From Lepidodermella squamata (lineage: Eukaryota; Animalia; Gastrotricha): a stretch of DNA of 64,000 nt. The stretch is taken from positions 1,798,001 through 1,862,000 of the forward strand of contig JBLDXI010000032.1 in the NCBI GenBank assembly GCA_047495785.1, written 5' to 3'. Made by a program: the position numbers and the translations under genes. A model generated the notes under the pieces. That model was not told the DNA's origin, made no database searches, and saw nothing but the letters and a program-made list of their open reading frames with translations. Shown here piece after piece: positions 35,644 to 48,142 of this stretch (within the stretch, counting starts at the first letter, position 1; each line of letters begins with the position of its first letter).

Positions 35644-38600
35644 TCAAATGTATGACAACATGCTCAGAGAATAATCGCCATCGATCTGCAAAATTTGACA
35701 AACAGTTGGAGGCATTAATTGGATCAGTTTGACTTACGTCGAATTTGGTAGTTTTATCAACATTGGTAGCGTGGGTTTTGTAGTAATGCATCAAAGTAAC
35801 GATTTGCTGCATACAGGCAGCTATGTGCTGCACATCCGGATCGGTTTGCTGATAGATGAAAACCCGTTTTTAATTTCATTTTACGAACAAAGCCGTCGAA
35901 ACTCACCAAATCAGCAATATCGTCCCGAGCTACTGCTTCGGGTATTCGCCCCGGAGAAAACAACCCTTGATTCTGTTGATTTTTGAATATTTTTCGACAC
36001 CAAAATATCAAACTTGATCGAAATTTACCTTCGAATCCGTCGACGAGCCGCCTTTCAGGGTACCATCCAACCCGCACAACTTTCCAAGAAATTTCAGTTC
36101 AGTTATAGTGAATTCTTTCCAAGACGTCGACGGCTGCTGAAGAACAAGGCGCAATTCCTAGATATATTGTTGATTGGAGATACATAATTGGAAATTACCG
36201 AAAAGAGTACCTGAACGTTTTTCATTGGCGCAAGAAATTGCTCAGCTGAAATAGTGTGCCGCTTCTCGGCTCCATCTAGCTCATGAGGGTTTGCCTGCGT
36301 TAAATTCGGTAGATTGAAATACGGCGATTGAAAAATTGCGAACTCACCATCAGGGTGAATTTTTCTAGACAGAGCGTCCATGGACCTGGTAAACACGATC
36401 GTGTATATTTTATCAATATTTCAATATTTCAACATATTATAGAGACTGGGCAAACAAGGATTTTCACTGCTGTGAATTTGGGTTGCATGTCTTGCGCCCA
36501 AATTGTGAATTTGTCTACAGAGCCGCAATATTTGACTGAATCTGACTAATTTCCCGATCGAAGCAAAGCCGCAATAACGACAGACTTTTGTTTGGTTCAA
36601 TAAAAAACGGTTCAATAAAAAAATCTCCAATTTAAGATTGACGCACAATAGCGTGTTGAATGTTTATTGATCCTACACCAGCCAACAACGTTGCAAATTT
36701 CACCTAGCTATATATCACTGTAAATATTTCTTTGAATGATGGAGGTTTATGTTGCTGCTTTCGTTTTAATAGCAATGAAAATTATCGTCTCTAATGGAGA
36801 TGAGAGCAGTTCCGAGAATTCAACGAAATTATTTGCCGACAGGATTACCGCTAATTTTTACAACCTCTGTCCAGCGGCTAAATCGAGCTACCTGCCGATG
36901 GAAACCCTGCGTTATAACAAACTTAATGGAAGCGATAAATTGCTTCAGGTGGCCGTATCCGTGTTGCTTTACAATTTCATCGAAATCAGCGACGTTGACC
37001 GGAGAATGTCAGTGGTAGCAGAGATGAGTTACGGCTGGGAATATCCATGTCCGAAATTCACCTGTGAAGAATTGTTGCAGGGTGGCGATCGAGTGGTGTG
37101 CAACCACCCAGAGCTGCACTTTGAAGCTACCTCAAGCATCTGGCGACCCCTACTCGTACAAATAAACCCCTATGAGACCGCTCGGCCAAGTAGCGACGAA
37201 TTATCACCCATGGCGATATCAATTTATCCGCTTGATCCATCAGCTTCCTGGCAGCACTTCAAGCGTTTTAATTCTGCTTGTAGAAGGTTTATGTTTCGCC
37301 GTTTCCCATTCGATACTCTCAATTGTTCACTATTGTTCGACTCTGAAGACTCACTGGTTGACTACTACGATGACATTTTCGCTATTGACGCAAGTAGAAA
37401 GGAATTTATAACAGATATGGAAATATGGAAATTGGTTGGTTTGTTCCCTAGAAAGCTATCAGTCAAGCCAACAGGTAGCGATACCATGTACAGCCGAATA
37501 TTTTTCATACTGCTGTTTCAACGGAAGCCTGATTTTTACGTCTGTAACATATTCCTCCCGACTATATCCCTTTTCCTCGTACAGCTAATAGCTCTCCTCA
37601 TTGATCCTTGCACCGTAGACAGGCCGAGTCTAAGCATGGCCGTCGTTCTAGCCTACGCGGTGACGTTGCAAATGATCTATGACCTGATTCCAATGACAGC
37701 TGAACCCGTCTATCTCGTCTATATGGTCGTTACCAAATTCGTTGTTGGCGTTTTCATCACAGTATACATGCTGATTGCTTGCCAACTAAGCAAAACGTCG
37801 GAAAAACGATTTCACTTTGTTCTCGAGAAACCATCCGTTGAATTGAATATATCTCTAACCCGATGTTTAGATATTTTCGTCTTTCTCTTTTGCTTGTTCA
37901 CTGTACTTGTTTCAGATATCTTATACTTTCACTTCATGATTAATGACATTTAATATCCAGTATTATTTTGTGTGACCGTGTTTGTGTTTAATGCAACACT
38001 GTCGTGTTTGCCCAGCCTCTGCGTATTTTCCTCTTTCCTGAATAGAATTGATATTAGTTGAAGTTGAGTACAAAAATAAATTGAGTCAAAGGTTAGAGAA
38101 TTAATTTGTGAGGACAGGTAAAAAAATGACGATGACCTTGGCGGTGGGATTTCTTCCTGCAAATAATTATTTGCTCAGCAGCCAGAAAACGTGTTAACTT
38201 TTGATGCTTTCAAAACAAATGATTATTTCCAGTTTGATAGGAGAAATGTTTCAAGTAGCAGTAATTATTTCGGCATGAAATATTAAAGATAAGTGATGGA
38301 CGTTAGGTATGTGATACAATTATATCTCAGCTAATTAGCAAACTTATAGGCCAAGTTGGCTACCTGCGTGCTTTTTGCTGTAGAAGCCACCGAGCTTTAC
38401 TGTAAAATTGACAACATATTACCATCACCAAGTAAAAAGGGCCCATGGTTAACCGAAAAAGACGTTTCATAATATTGCTTAAATGTTACCTTCTGCTTTC
38501 TGCTTCACCAGGATACTCAGAACAGCTGTGAAACTGTTACGAAAACTGATGCTGTCGATCTGAATATGAGATAAAGCGGTTTGAAAAAAACATGTTGTAA

Positions 38601-38746
38601 TTAAGACAGTCTACCTCAACTCCACAGTAGCCGTGTTCGAGTCGAAAGGTTATGTCAATCACTGACAAGCCGGCGGGAGACGATGAGGTGGACCCTGTCA
38701 ACTTGACAACATATGCAGGTTTCGAAGCAAAGCTCAACTCCAGCAT
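35644..38746 (-). CDS. NICN1: Nicolin-1 (tubulin polyglutamylase complex subunit), 8 exons
   Basis: Not apparent from the ORF track. Spliced exons: 38746-38615 (GLSVIDITF), 38559-38490 (SISFRNSFTAVLSI), 36385-36348 (PWTLCLEKFTLM), 36294-36211 (ANPH), 36157-36029 (ELRLVLQQPSTSW), then three more exons ending KFD|IDGDYSLSMLSYI*. Collinear with the recalled NICN1 sequence throughout. Confidence 0.88.
36736..37953 (+). CDS. Divergent Cys-loop (pentameric) ligand-gated ion channel subunit, intronless, nested in NICN1 intron 2
   Basis: Signal peptide; IWRP; Cys-loop CRRFMFRRFPFDTLNC; QRKPDFYV.N..LP pre-M1; four hydrophobic helices; LIP at M2-M3; very short M3-M4 loop. Confidence 0.88.
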   Translation: MMEVYVAAFVLIAMKIIVSNGDESSSENSTKLFADRITANFYNLCPAAKSSYLPMETLRYNKLNGSDKLLQVAVSVLLYNFIEISDVDRRMSVVAEMSYGWEYPCPKFTCEELLQGGDRVVCNHPELHFEATSSIWRPLLVQINPYETARPSSDELSPMAISIYPLDPSASWQHFKRFNSACRRFMFRRFPFDTLNCSLLFDSEDSLVDYYDDIFAIDASRKEFITDMEIWKLVGLFPRKLSVKPTGSDTMYSRIFFILLFQRKPDFYVCNIFLPTISLFLVQLIALLIDPCTVDRPSLSMAVVLAYAVTLQMIYDLIPMTAEPVYLVYMVVTKFVVGVFITVYMLIACQLSKTSEKRFHFVLEKPSVELNISLTRCLDIFVFLFCLFTVLVSDILYFHFMINDI

Positions 38747-39615
38747 GTCAGAGTCCAAGAAATAAATTGCTCTATGATCAACAATGTGAGATTGCAAATA
38801 TGAAAATTTGCTTTTTCCAATGCGATATATGCAAATGAATCGATTTCCTCGTGCAAGAAGGAGTTTTGTAAGAAAGTCAGGAGAAATTATAGTGGATGGC
38901 TTGCAACAGTCGACTATAGTGCCGCTATAGGGACTCGGTGACTTCAGGTCATTGACTGATGTGAAGCGACATCTATTTTAAATGCGGAGTCTAAAGGCGA
39001 ACCTAAAGGCGAAATCGTTTCTCTAATGGTCGGAATCCCAGAAAAGCCAGCAAACATGTCAGCTTTGCATGGAGAATGGAGATCAGTTTTGCAGCCATTG
39101 AAGTTTCCTGGGACGCCATTTGGCCAACCAACGATGCTGACCTGATGCCATTGTCATCCAGTCGTCTGTGGCTGGAACTTAGCCGGTGCCCTTACCTTCC
39201 AGTATCAAATATAAAGCTAATAATCAGGTTAACAGCGATATTAGCATAGCTACAATGTTTCGCCCTGACATTTCAACTAGATTTTCATTTAACTTTCATA
39301 GATACTGCGGTTGCTATGTAGTGGAGATGAGAAGCGCCAGAAAATTCAACTAAGAAACCGAAATATAACGCAAGGCATGAAGATCAGGCATAATTATGGC
39401 ATAAGTATTTCCACGGACGCAATTCCAATTCCTATGTATCATTCTTTTCATCGTTAATAGTCATATGACCAATCAAGTTCTTGAACCTTTTCAACTCCAT
39501 AAAAAAATGAAGCAAATGAAGAAGTTCAAGAAATTTACTATCGTATTCCGTTTTTAATGAAACATCCAGTAGTTGGTTGCTGAGGATATTCTGCTTTTAG
39601 GAAGATGCCTAACCA

Positions 39616-39636
39616 TGGATGGATGGATGGATGGAT
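39616..39636 (+). repeat. (GGAT)n microsatellite
   Basis: About five GGAT units in tandem. Confidence 0.8.
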
Positions 39637-40746
39637 GTATGTTAGACCCTGACACCAATTCTGGTGATTTAACAGGGCTTGGGTTGATAAGTTGAATTGA
39701 ATTTGATAAGTTAGACTTGTCACCGATAATTTGGTGTTAGGCGCAGAGTGGCACAATAGGATACAAAAATAAATTATAAAAATAGAGCTATGATCTATTT
39801 GGTCCATTCAGACACCTGCTCGATGAAGAATTGCTGCAAATAGGCGGCTTTGCGACAGGCTTTCTAACCAGCTGGATAGGCTGTGTTTGTCGATAAGGAC
39901 GCTTTATTATTTATTTATTCCATTAAATTTTGAATATTTATTTTTGAGACATTCCGATATGAAACTAAAAAATTCTGTCACAAAATAATATCTGGCGTTT
40001 ATTTGGCGAGCGATTTGCAGCTGTCGCGTGCATCGCCTGTGTCGTTGCTGCAAGGCCTGCGTTTCCAAAAACTAGGACTTTTACTACCTGATACTGGTAC
40101 CTGTGTCCTGTGCCTTGAGTATGGTATACTTTTTACTGAATTGAAACTCGCTATGTCTACCTTATACTATAGCTGACTTACCGGAGATGATTCTTTTTAC
40201 TTTTCTTTGTCGCCAGTGCTCATTCGCTGTGTTTAGGAACTAATGCATTGTATTACTGCCGCTCGTTTTTCTTACAAATAAACTTTTTTTACTGTTTTAA
40301 CCTCTGGATTCCACCTTATACAATAACTTTCAACTTGTCACTTGTCAACATTGTTTGGAATGCAGGGTGAAGGGCATTGCACCGTTTACTAAGAGCAATA
40401 AACGGACTTCGCTGCCATGCGCGAAATTCAATATAGTCTTTCGCACGGTTAATTTTTCACTTTTTACTGCTTATGGTCTACATTTGACCTGCTATTGGTA
40501 AAATATCTGCTGGATAAAATTTGCACGTTTCACCTTATGGGAATGACCACTTATCCAATGAGTATGACACGCTCGCCTAAAGCGTGCAATATGCTACTGC
40601 TCGGCGATATCCACCATTGCTTACTTGTTACTTACTGTAAAAGCTGATATTTTTCAGGGCTTATGTATCAGTTTCAGTCATCGATAATATGCTTTTCTCC
40701 TGTGTCATGGAATACTTTTTTATTTTAGTTTTTTGTTCATATAATA

Positions 40747-41662
40747 ATGGAGCCCATTGATGGAGGTGATGTTGGTTTAGCTAATGGAGATGAAAATGTC
40801 GAAAATCATCGGTCCCAGCTGTTCAAAACACACAGCACGGGCTCTGTGGGCTCTGAAGATTGCATGACCGACAGTCACGACGACGACTTGACAGAAAATG
40901 GCACCAGCAAAGTAGAAAATGGAGATCTGAACTCGGCAATTTCCCCATCTGACGGCATGTCTGGCAGTGATCTTAGCCTTATGAAGAAATTCGGAGGTTC
41001 AAAATGGGTTAAGTTGAACGTGGGTGGTAAAATATTTATGACCACACGTACAACACTGTGCAGAGATCCGAAGTCGATGCTATATCGACTCATTTCCTGT
41101 CAAGATGACACTGAGCTGGTACAATCAGACAAAGATGAAACTGGTGCTTATTTGATTGACCGAGATTCAAAATACTTTGGCGTTGTCCTCAATTATCTTC
41201 GTCATGGCAAACTGATAATAGACAAATTCATATCTGAAGAAGGAATCCTGGAGGAAGCTGAGTTCTATAATCTCGCTGGTCTGATTAAACTTGTCAAAGA
41301 GCGGATACGAGAACAGGACGAGTTGAAGAAGAAGTCTGACACTAAAGGTGTTTACCGCGTTCTTCACTGCTCAGAAGAGGAGCTGACTCAGATGATTAGC
41401 ACCATGTCAGATGGCTGGAAATTGGAGCAGCTATTGAAGTATGTTATCTTTCTGTTGACCTAGTACTTTATTATGCATTATTTCTCATTTCAGCATCGGC
41501 AGCTCATACAATTACGATGGAGGGTGTGACCGGGCCGAATTTCTGTGCATCGTTTCCAAGGAATACCCCTCGAGTGCGCCTAACGCCTCGACGAAAGACG
41601 AATCAACCGATCGAGGCCGTCTTCTCCAAAGTCGCGCCAGTCGTTCGAGTCGTCGTCAATAA
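40747..41662 (+). CDS. KCTD5: KCTD2/5/17 (Insomniac-like) BTB protein, 2 exons
   Basis: [60 protein letters not shown]|NIGSSYNY...EFLCIVSKE. Intron 41439-41493. Confidence 0.95.
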
Positions 41663-42578
41663 ATGCCAAATTTTTCATATCTTTGCAGTGCATATCCAAA
41701 AATGCTTAATTTATATGGCTAGCGTTGGTGTTATTGAATCTCGTCTGAACTTTGTCTGATGCCATGTCCTTCACCTTCTCGACTTCAAACCATTTTATAC
41801 TGATTTTGCGAAAAATTTAGACAAGCATCATTACCCATATTTTGGTTTAAATTTTCCAACTGCTTTCTTGACTGATTTTTCTAGTCAGTCGCGCAACGAC
41901 TTGGGTATGCTATAAACTTTTGTGTGCTGTGTGCAAATTGCTCATGAAGACAAAACATAAAGATTAGCTAATAATGACAACAAACATCAAACATGAAGTG
42001 CTCGTAAAATATTGTCTGATCTAGTCGCTTTTGTTTCATTTTTATATTTGATTTTCATTGTTATTTTACTTTTCGGTAATTGCGCTATATTTCTTATCGA
42101 AATGAGAAATGCGCACATGTTCTTCTATTCGTTTTATTATACATGGAAAAACGCCGTCGTTAACAGCGTAAACAAATTTATTACCGTAAAATGCCACATG
42201 TCGCTACTTCCTTCATTGCTTAATACACTCATCATCGTATACGCCGATATAACATCATTTTGTATCGTCGCTACCAAACTTCATTGAGTTTCGACTTCTA
42301 CGAAAAAATGAGTTCCGCTTTGAGTGCGGAAATTAAGGCGGCGCTTTTTTATACTTCATTATTAAATTGACAGAAGGCTATGTATTGGTCATATAACGTG
42401 ATAATTTTGTGTTGACACGCGTGCGTTTCTGTAAGACGAACTCTCAACTACTAAAAAGACAATGTCTTGCTGTTCTTGTCGTTTCGAAAAGGATGACTAA
42501 AATTAATTACGTAATAAAATGCGATTTATTAATGTTGGTTTCAATTTGCTTGTTAGGTAATTTTCTTTCTTTGAAATC

Positions 42579-43610
42579 ATGGGATTTGGCGGCGGACGTG
42601 GGGGACCACGAGGCGGAGGTTTGTAGAGGAAGGCGTTTAATTAATTACAGGAGTTGATTTTACGTCATTTCAGGACGAGGATTTGGAGGTGGACGCGGGG
42701 GCGGTCGCGGTGGCGGCCGTGGCGGTTTTAATAATTTTGACGCCGGTCCTCCTGAACACGTTATTGGTAAGTCGGTTTTCACCCGGAATAATGAGCTTCA
42801 TTAGCGATAAACGCGTGTGATAGAACTTGGCAAGTATATGCACCCGTGCGAAGACGATCTCGTCCTGAAAGCTACGGTCGGAGGCGTCCCTTATTTCAAC
42901 GCGGGCGTATTCCTCGAGAACAAGCAGCAAATCGGAAAAGTCGACGATATTTTCGGTCCCGTTAATGATTTCGTATGCGCTTCTTCTTGAAGAGTCGTCT
43001 CAAATTTCTACCTTTTTGCTTTTCTAATACGCAGTATTGCTCCGTCAAGCTAATCGACGAAGTGAAAGCGTCGAGTTTCAAACCTGACCAAACTGTAAGA
43101 TGATACATGCAATTAGAAAAACTTGTTTACACCTATCGTCATTTTTTCGCAGTTTTTCGTCGATCCTGCCAAATTGCTACCTCTCCAGCGCTTTACCAAC
43201 CCTCAACCTTCTGGCAGGGGCAGGGGTGGTGGTCGAGGTGGACCTGGTGGGCGAGGAGGTCCTCGCGGCGGAGGTAAAATGAGTCGATGAAAATCAACTC
43301 ATTTTCGCAATTTTTCTGTGATTTTTAGGTAGAGGCCGAGGTGGCCCTGGTGGATTCAGGGGAGGCGACCGCGGTCGTGGAGGTAATTTTTGGAAAAATA
43401 AATTTTGTGCGATTGAAAAGCTCACTCTTATTAAGGACGCGGAGGCGGTTTTGGCGGAGGTCGAGGCGGCGGATTCGGAGGAGGTAATTATTAAAATATT
43501 CTATGCAATATTTTTTCAATTTTGTTCCTTAAGGTCGAGGCGGTGGCTTCGGCGGTGGCCGCGGTGGTGGTGGCGGTTTCGGTGGCCCGAAGCGCGGTCG
43601 TTTCGACTGA
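42579..43610 (+). CDS. GAR1: H/ACA snoRNP protein GAR1, 8 exons
   Basis: N- and C-terminal RGG boxes; core GPPEHVI|[14 protein letters not shown]...[25 protein letters not shown]...[11 protein letters not shown]. Confidence 0.95.
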
Positions 43611-44071
43611 GTGGCCTGCAGTCATTAAGGCGCATTTGCTCAGAAGCTCAAAAAGTTTTATGTACCGATGTGCCGAATCATTTTTGTGCTACTACAGCCT
43701 TTTTGTGGTTTCAAGTCCGTTGTTTATTACACTCGCTGCTGAAACATTGGGAAAATAAAATAGCATAATTTTTTTATCGCCCTGTTGAGTGCTAATCGCT
43801 GACCAGCCAGACGTGAAAACTTGATATTCTCATGATATTCCAGAAAACAGCGTAAAACACTAAGTTCATATTCGGAAAACTGCGGGCAGCAAGATACCGA
43901 CCTTTAGTCCTCAATATTTTTCCTTGGTCGATTATTTCATGGTAAGCAGCAGAAGTCCTCCGCTCAACATCTTTTGCGAATCACGAGTAAACCATAATTT
44001 AGGCTGTTTCAATAAATTACAAAATTTGACACATTCTGGGTTTTTATTCGTCATTATCCTCCTAAATTTTG

Positions 44072-44275
44072 TCACTGAGGTTGTGGTGTAGGTGGGATCA
44101 ATGTAATCCAGGTATACGGTGCAGTCTGGGTCTGCTGCGTTGGGGGTGTTGGCGTAGTGGTCGTCGTAGTTGTGGCGGGATAAACGATGTTCTCGTTGAA
44201 AGCGATGACAGAAGAGACGATGGCTTTGTAGAGGGCAATCAAACACACGGCGATTACAAACCAATATTTATCCAC
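44072..44275 (-). CDS. Possible small secreted Thr/Pro-rich peptide
   Basis: ATG-initiated 67-aa ORF with a signal-like N-terminus and a TTTTTTTPTPPT tract. No recognisable family. Confidence 0.3.
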   Translation of the reverse strand: MDKYWFVIAVCLIALYKAIVSSVIAFNENIVYPATTTTTTTPTPPTQQTQTAPYTWITLIPPTPQPQ

Positions 44276-44858
44276 ATCGAGTGCCTCGGTTTTGTAGAAA
44301 TACCCAATAATTGTCGTTACGAGCGACGTGATCAGAATATTGGCTGCAATTTTTTTACAATTGGAAAAATTGAGTTTGACATTGAATCAACAATCATATA
44401 AAAAACTTGCCTACGAGCAGAAAAGCAGAAGGGTCGACCAAACCCCGGGCAAAGCAAATTATGGATGCTGCAATGAGAGCAAGTCCCGTTGCAACACCTA
44501 GCACCCGAACAGCAAAAGTCTAAATGCAATCGAAAAAATTGTCGATATATATTGATGCATATTTTCTCACGATTTTCGGGCTGATCGGATGATAAACTGC
44601 TCTTTCGTCAATTGTTTTGAATGCAGACGACATTCTTTAGCCGGCCAGGAGTGAATAAGGGAGCAGAATAGGGCTAGGATTTTGCCCGCTAAATGGCAGT
44701 GCTTATTTGATAATGAATTAGCAGTAAGAAAAATTGAGCCTGATAACTATCGTTTGTTATCTCAGTTGCGGATAGTGGGAAGCGTTCTCTATGATAGATA
44801 CGAAATACACAAGATTTTTCGACCGGCTTAGAGTTAGTGAACATCTAAGAGCTAAACA

Positions 44859-45446
44859 ATGGCAACGAAATCGCCTTTCAGTGGAGGATCATACGGTTCC
44901 ACGCCGAGTGCCCCAACTCCGTCTCAAAATGCATCCTTATCCGCGGCTGAGTCATCAATGTTGGACGGGATCCGAAATGTATAGAAAATAGAAATAATAT
45001 TTCTTATTATTTAAAAAAATTGTCCAAATTAAGGTTTACCGCTGATTTTCTAAAATATTAAAATGTTTTTCAGCAAAAGAAATCGACAATATTTATCCTA
45101 GTCGTCGTCCTGCTGTCTGTTTTGGTAATTTCCGATTTATTATTTTACGCCATTTCATATGATTTTCCAGGTTTCGGTGATTTTGGGTATCGTGGTGACT
45201 ACTCAAAAACCAGGTGCCGAGGGGCAATATTTCTGCTTGTCGCTTGGGCTGCTTCTTATGACTGTCATGGAACTCATTTTAGTAAGCAATTTAAACTCAA
45301 GTTATCGTCTAATGAGTAAATATTTGGTGTAGATTCGCTTTTCTATGAAAGATCAACTGCCATCGGCTTCTAACTGGGGAATATTCGTCATCGCAATCGG
45401 CTTACTCATCGAGTCAATTTTAAACGACGTTTTCATGTATGCGTGA
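44859..45446 (+). CDS. Small 3-TM membrane protein, TMEM243-like, 4 exons
   Basis: Four phase-0 exons join in frame: MATKSPF...|QKKSTIFILVVVLLSVL|VSVILGIVV...YFCLSLGLLLMTVMELIL|IRFSMKDQLPS...DVFMYA*. Length and topology resemble TMEM243. Confidence 0.6.
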
Positions 45447-45885
45447 ACTGCAGGCCATATATACTTGAAAACTTTCCGAAAGCCTCGAATACTTTGACTA
45501 ATTCAATAAAATTATCGGGTATCATATTTCAAACAGGTGCATGCGCCATCTCTGAAATCTCAGACAAGATAACGATCAGAAAGAAAAACAACACCTTGCA
45601 CTCGAGTTCTCAGAAACATGTAGTTTTATTAAGTAAATTATATGAATTGAGTCATCCAATTGCACCAAAAACTGTGAAGCGAACAACCTCGAGTTGTCTT
45701 CTGAGAATTTACACCTATGAGAATTGCTTGAAGAGTGAAAGCACTACAAAACACCTCAACCAGATACAATAGTTTAAATCACAATAAAATTCATCAAAAA
45801 ATTACAAGTTGAAGCAGAAACAATGAGACAGCAAAAATATAGTAAAATTTCAGATCAAATGCTTGCATTGCAGATTTTTGAGATC

Positions 45886-47132
45886 TCAATCTGAGTCAGA
45901 ATCACTAATGCTGCTGTCACTTTCCGAAGAGGACGACTCCTCTTCAGAACTCGACGAATCGCTCTCTTCTTTCGATGGCTCGACTTTTGGCAACTGCTCA
46001 ATGACTGTATAAATGATTGGTTCCTCTGAGATATTTCGCTCTTGCTTAGCGGTTGTAACGGCAGGTAACCACCTGTTATTAGATGGCTTCTCTTCGTGGT
46101 GGTTGACTTTTTCCCGGCGTCGTTTTGAAGGCGAAACGGATCCACAACCTGGCGGCGAGCGCCGGTCAGCTTTAGGCATGATTTCAATTTGCCGACTTCT
46201 GGTCGGTTTTCGTTTACGACTATCGATAATTTCAGTAACTATACGACGACGTATGGTGGTGGCACGCAGAGGGCTTCGCTCACGATCACTGAATCTCTCT
46301 TCACTTCCGCTGAAGTCAGCTCTTTCTTTGTATTGAAGGCGTTTACTTCTGCTAGATGGACCCGGATTTGGTTTTGGGGAATATCGATCCTCGTGACCTC
46401 GTCGAATCGGCGAAGGCGAAGAGTTTCGATAACGAAACTTTGGCCTGTAAGAAAGCAATGGAAAATTAGAAACCAGCAGGAATGTGAATTAGGCTTAGGA
46501 GTTCGATCTATAAGGTTTAGCAAAATCCATGGCAGTTTTACATACTTCCTCGCAATATCAATGAATGCATTTGAAGAAGAATATCTCGCTGATAAATTAC
46601 AGGCCGATTCTCTTTTTTCTATCCGGTGAATGCAGCCGAACAAAATCCATGAATAGATCGCGAACTTACTCAATTCCACGCTCTCTGAGTTTCAGAATAT
46701 AGGCCTGGTAGCTTGCAGGAGCTCGTCCGTCATCACGAATCGGCGTCGGTCGCGCAAACTCAATACGCAAGGGTCGATCGAAAACAACTCTGAATTACAT
46801 ATAATTTTTGCGATGAAAATGGCTTCATAACCACAGTTACCTTCCGTTAAGCTTTCGCTTGCACCTTTCGCAGTCAGTCTTGTTATGGAACACGACGAAA
46901 CCGAAACCAGGGGGATTTCTGCAAATTTATTGCAACAAAGCATTATTGGCATCAAAGAGTTTCGAGTGATATTGGAAACGAACCTTGCGACCCATACGTC
47001 TATCAAATCACCGAACTTGGAGAATTCCTTGTTAACATCGGATGTGATTACGTGTTCACTCAAATCACCAATGAATAAACGATAGCCGTCGTAGAATTCG
47101 TCGTAAATCGGCCGATCTGAAGTTAATGGCAT
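45886..47132 (-). CDS. SRSF3/SRSF7(RBP1)-like RRM protein with Arg/Ser-rich tail
   Basis: Exons 47132-46984 (RLFIGDL...DVWVAR), 46918-46841 (NPPGFGFVVF), 46789-46670 (LRIEFARP) and 46444-45886 (RS/SP-rich, poly-Ser acidic end). Confidence 0.85.
46546..46618 (-). other. Candidate poison (stop-containing) cassette exon in the SR gene
   Basis: Weak acceptor ...caccggatag at 46620-46619 and donor GTATGT at 46545. Inclusion gives E-KKRIGL-TAA. Confidence 0.55.
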
Positions 47133-47257
47133 GCTCGATACTATAACGATTTAACAATAACGCCAGCTCCTAGGGAAGAGCAAGATGTTGGAATGCATAG
47201 ATTAATTGTGATATCAAGCGCCTCGAATAAATAGCATAATCAAGTAATAGCTGCGCA

Positions 47258-48142
47258 TTATTTCATGGTCAAAGCTGATAGCTCATCTTTCAAACCCATA
47301 GCCTCGGACAATTTCCATGCAAAATCATCACATGTGCCCGTGAATGCCATGTCCCGGCCACTAGGACGTTTTTGCCAGTCAGAGAGTGCAGATGAAGGCT
47401 GGTCTAGCGAAACGAATACACGATCACAGTTAGGAGGTACCAAACCTGGCAGAGAGGAAAACGGCTGAACTAGTAATGAAGCACCAAAAATTATGAGCAC
47501 GTCAGCGCTTTTAATGTCAATTTGAGCGCGCTCGAAAAATTGATGCGGTAAAGCCTCGCCAAATAAAACCACGTCTGGCTTGACCAGGCCAGAGCAAACA
47601 TCACAGCGTGGAACGACAATTTCACCAATTGGGTGGCCTGTCTCACCGCCAACTTTAGCGTTCAACCATTGCAGATCATACGTTGATCGGCAATCCATGC
47701 AAGAGGCTGTTTGAAATGTTCCGTGAGCTTCGATAATTTTCGACGGCCTAATTCCAGCAGCCCTCTCCAGACCATCGACGTTCTGGGTAAAATGGCTCTT
47801 CAAAATTCCAGAATCATCAAACATTTTTAACAGATAGTGGGCAGGGGTTGGTTTGGCACTAAGAAGTGTAGATCTTATCGTGGTAGCTATCCGATAAAAT
47901 ATCTCTGGTTTCATTCGAAATAGGTCAATGCTAAAAATAGCTTCAACTGGCATTCCAGATGGCAGCAAACTTTGCACAGGAATACCATCAAACGTTCCAG
48001 ATTGAAGAATTGAGTAGAGCCCAGAGGGACCCCGGAAATCAGGTATTCCAGCGGATGTGGACAAACCTGCCCCGGCAAGAGTAACCACATTCTTGCCAGT
48101 GGAAGGTTTTAATGCTTCTGCAAGGGAGGCAAAGTCAAACAT
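47258..48142 (-). CDS. SIRT2: Class I sirtuin (SIRT2/3-like), intronless
   Basis: GAGLSTSAGIPDFRG, FTQNVDGLER, catalytic HG, CxxC...CxxC zinc site, VKPDVVLFGE, SLLVQPF. Confidence 0.9.
   Translation of the reverse strand: MFDFASLAEALKPSTGKNVVTLAGAGLSTSAGIPDFRGPSGLYSILQSGTFDGIPVQSLLPSGMPVEAIFSIDLFRMKPEIFYRIATTIRSTLLSAKPTPAHYLLKMFDDSGILKSHFTQNVDGLERAAGIRPSKIIEAHGTFQTASCMDCRSTYDLQWLNAKVGGETGHPIGEIVVPRCDVCSGLVKPDVVLFGEALPHQFFERAQIDIKSADVLIIFGASLLVQPFSSLPGLVPPNCDRVFVSLDQPSSALSDWQKRPSGRDMAFTGTCDDFAWKLSEAMGLKDELSALTMK

Noticed and set aside
46239-46679. 146-aa ORF overlapping the SR gene
   Set aside because: Non-ATG start; runs through an intron and an alternative frame of the real exon.
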